Assembly (NCBI GenBank): GCA_013151235.1
Contig: JAADIO010000059.1
Span: forward strand, 1 to 36,324
Length of the DNA stretch: 36,324 bases
Origin: Deltaproteobacteria bacterium
GTDB taxonomy: Bacteria > CG2-30-53-67
Direction of reading: 5' to 3'
The position numbers and the translations under genes were made by a program. Shown piece by piece: positions 35,204 through 36,324 of this stretch. The first letter of the stretch is position 1. Each line of letters begins with the position of its first letter. The notes under the pieces were generated by a model, which saw only the letters and a list, made by a program, of their open reading frames with translations, made no database searches and was not told where the DNA came from.

Positions 35204-35974
35204 ATGAAAAATTTTTCTGGGAAGATGGTTTCGCGGTTGGCGGCGGGGGTTTTCGCTGTCTTGGTTATTTTCTGCTTTTTGGCTGGGAGCGCGGAGGCGG
35301 TGTCTACCGTTACCGCTCGTATTGAGCCGTATGGAGAACAGATCGGGCTTCGGGATGCCGGATATTACAACGGCATCTACATAATTGACATTGACGGCAA
35401 GGACTATCAGGCGATGCTGAATTTGCCGGATTTACCGCTTATTGGTGGTTTTGGAATGGGTAACTCTACGGATTTCCTGCCGTTCCAGGCGGAGCTGTAT
35501 GATTTCGCCGATATTCAGGCGACTGGCGGGCCGTATCCGGACCGGATCACGGCTTCGGAGTATAACCAGAGCGCTGATGTATTTGTTACCGCTCTTTTGG
35601 GATACAACCCGCCGGATCCGCTCTGGGCTGCGGGGCTCGGGGATTGCCTTTGGGAATCCATATATGGCACAATTGGTGCGTTCCAAGGAGACCCGACATT
35701 ATCTTACTCGAGTCGGGTATATGATACATCAACAGGTATGACGATGTATGACGCCTACAAGACGCTGTGGCCCCTCAATCCGAATATGGATTGGAGCGGA
35801 GATATGTGGGTTTTGTCTGAAGTGCAAGGGGTAGAGCAAAATTTTTTTGTCTTCGCCACGCCTGTGGGGCTTGCGGGTGGGGCTCCGGTGCCGGAACCGG
35901 CGTCGCTTTTCCTCATCGGGACGGGTATCGTCGGGATTCTGGCGATACGGTCGTCAAAGAAAAGGTGGCAATAA
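35204..35974 (+). CDS. PEP-CTERM sorting-domain surface protein
   Basis: RBS aaggaggg, signal peptide (AEA-V), C-terminal PVPEPASLFLIGTGIVGILAIRSSKKRWQ. Confidence 0.9.
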   Translation: MKNFSGKMVSRLAAGVFAVLVIFCFLAGSAEAVSTVTARIEPYGEQIGLRDAGYYNGIYIIDIDGKDYQAMLNLPDLPLIGGFGMGNSTDFLPFQAELYDFADIQATGGPYPDRITASEYNQSADVFVTALLGYNPPDPLWAAGLGDCLWESIYGTIGAFQGDPTLSYSSRVYDTSTGMTMYDAYKTLWPLNPNMDWSGDMWVLSEVQGVEQNFFVFATPVGLAGGAPVPEPASLFLIGTGIVGILAIRSSKKRWQ

Positions 35975-35978
35975 CCAC

Positions 35979-36010
35979 AGCGGGACGCGAATGCGCCCCG
36001 CTTTTTTTTT
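35979..36010 (+). terminator. Intrinsic terminator
   Basis: agcgggacgc-gaat-gcgccccgct followed by a long T-run. Confidence 0.85.
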
Positions 36011-36058
36011 GCTGAAAATGTTTCTTTTGCCCACTTGTTTCATCCTCTCAGGCGATAC

Positions 36059-36324
36059 TTAATTAAAATCGTATTTGCACAATACCCCACCAACATTGCC
36101 AGCATATTTCCCTCCCGGACAGGATGCGTCTTTTTCAAGCGACCAAAACATTGAGAATGGAGCCGTACATACTGGATTGGTATTTTGCGTGCAGTAATAT
36201 ATCCCTTCGTTAAAAAAAACACCTGGACCTGTTGATTTTGGTATCAAAGGAAGAGATGGCATAAATTTCTTTATCTCCGTGTTTACAGCCGGATTCTGCG
36301 GATACAAATCAAAGAAACCGCAAT
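36059..36324 (-). CDS. C-terminal part of an unknown Cys-rich protein (5' end outside the window)
   Basis: Frame open to the window edge (CGFFDLYPQN...CKYDFN-stop), five Cys, lower GC than the core genes. Confidence 0.5.
   Translation of the reverse strand, partial: CGFFDLYPQNPAVNTEIKKFMPSLPLIPKSTGPGVFFNEGIYYCTQNTNPVCTAPFSMFWSLEKDASCPGGKYAGNVGGVLCKYDFN

Larger units (their letters stand above)
33881..36324. mobile_element. Edge of a putative genomic island/prophage integrated at selC (continues beyond the window)
   Basis: Starts exactly at the tRNA truncation; AT-rich junction; TA pair and accessory surface-protein cargo. No integrase visible in the window. Confidence 0.65.

Noticed and set aside
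1-36324. CRISPR array, rRNA, integrase or transposase genes, additional Sec read-through genes
   Set aside because: No regularly spaced repeats or such genes were seen; the other TGA-ending genes I checked already have complete C-termini.

Overview
GC-rich bacterial chromosomal window, probably from an anaerobe of the Deltaproteobacteria/Nitrospirota type (inferred from gene content only). Left to right: a REP/MITE-like repeat; a hidden selenoprotein that the ORF track truncates (signal peptide + DUF4124 + glutaredoxin-like domain, UGA-encoded U-P-H-C motif, SECIS-like hairpin); an orphan HAMP histidine kinase; a YyaL/SPATA20-type protein; an ATP-PEPCK with substituted catalytic residues; an uncharacterised envelope module (FadL/OmpP1 channel plus two paralogous exported DUF302-like proteins); lpdA-gcvH; a CpsB/YwqE phosphatase; moaC; a B12-radical-SAM/STAS fusion; an FG-GAP exported protein; a GAF-GAF-GGDEF cyclase; fabF; a membrane-bound group 1 [NiFe]-hydrogenase cluster (hypE-hypA-hypF-osmC-small-large-cytochrome b-protease-hypC, with hypD inverted); a RelE-like remnant; and class II RNR nrdJ with NrdR boxes. 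At 33814-33880 lies only the 3' half of a tRNA-Sec (selC), which looks like the att boundary of an integrated element whose visible cargo is a DUF4258/MqsA-like toxin-antitoxin pair, a PEP-CTERM protein and a partial Cys-rich ORF. The most interesting items are the exported Sec-glutaredoxin, the selC att site and the FadL/twin DUF302-like module. All family assignments are by motif recognition; no searches were run.
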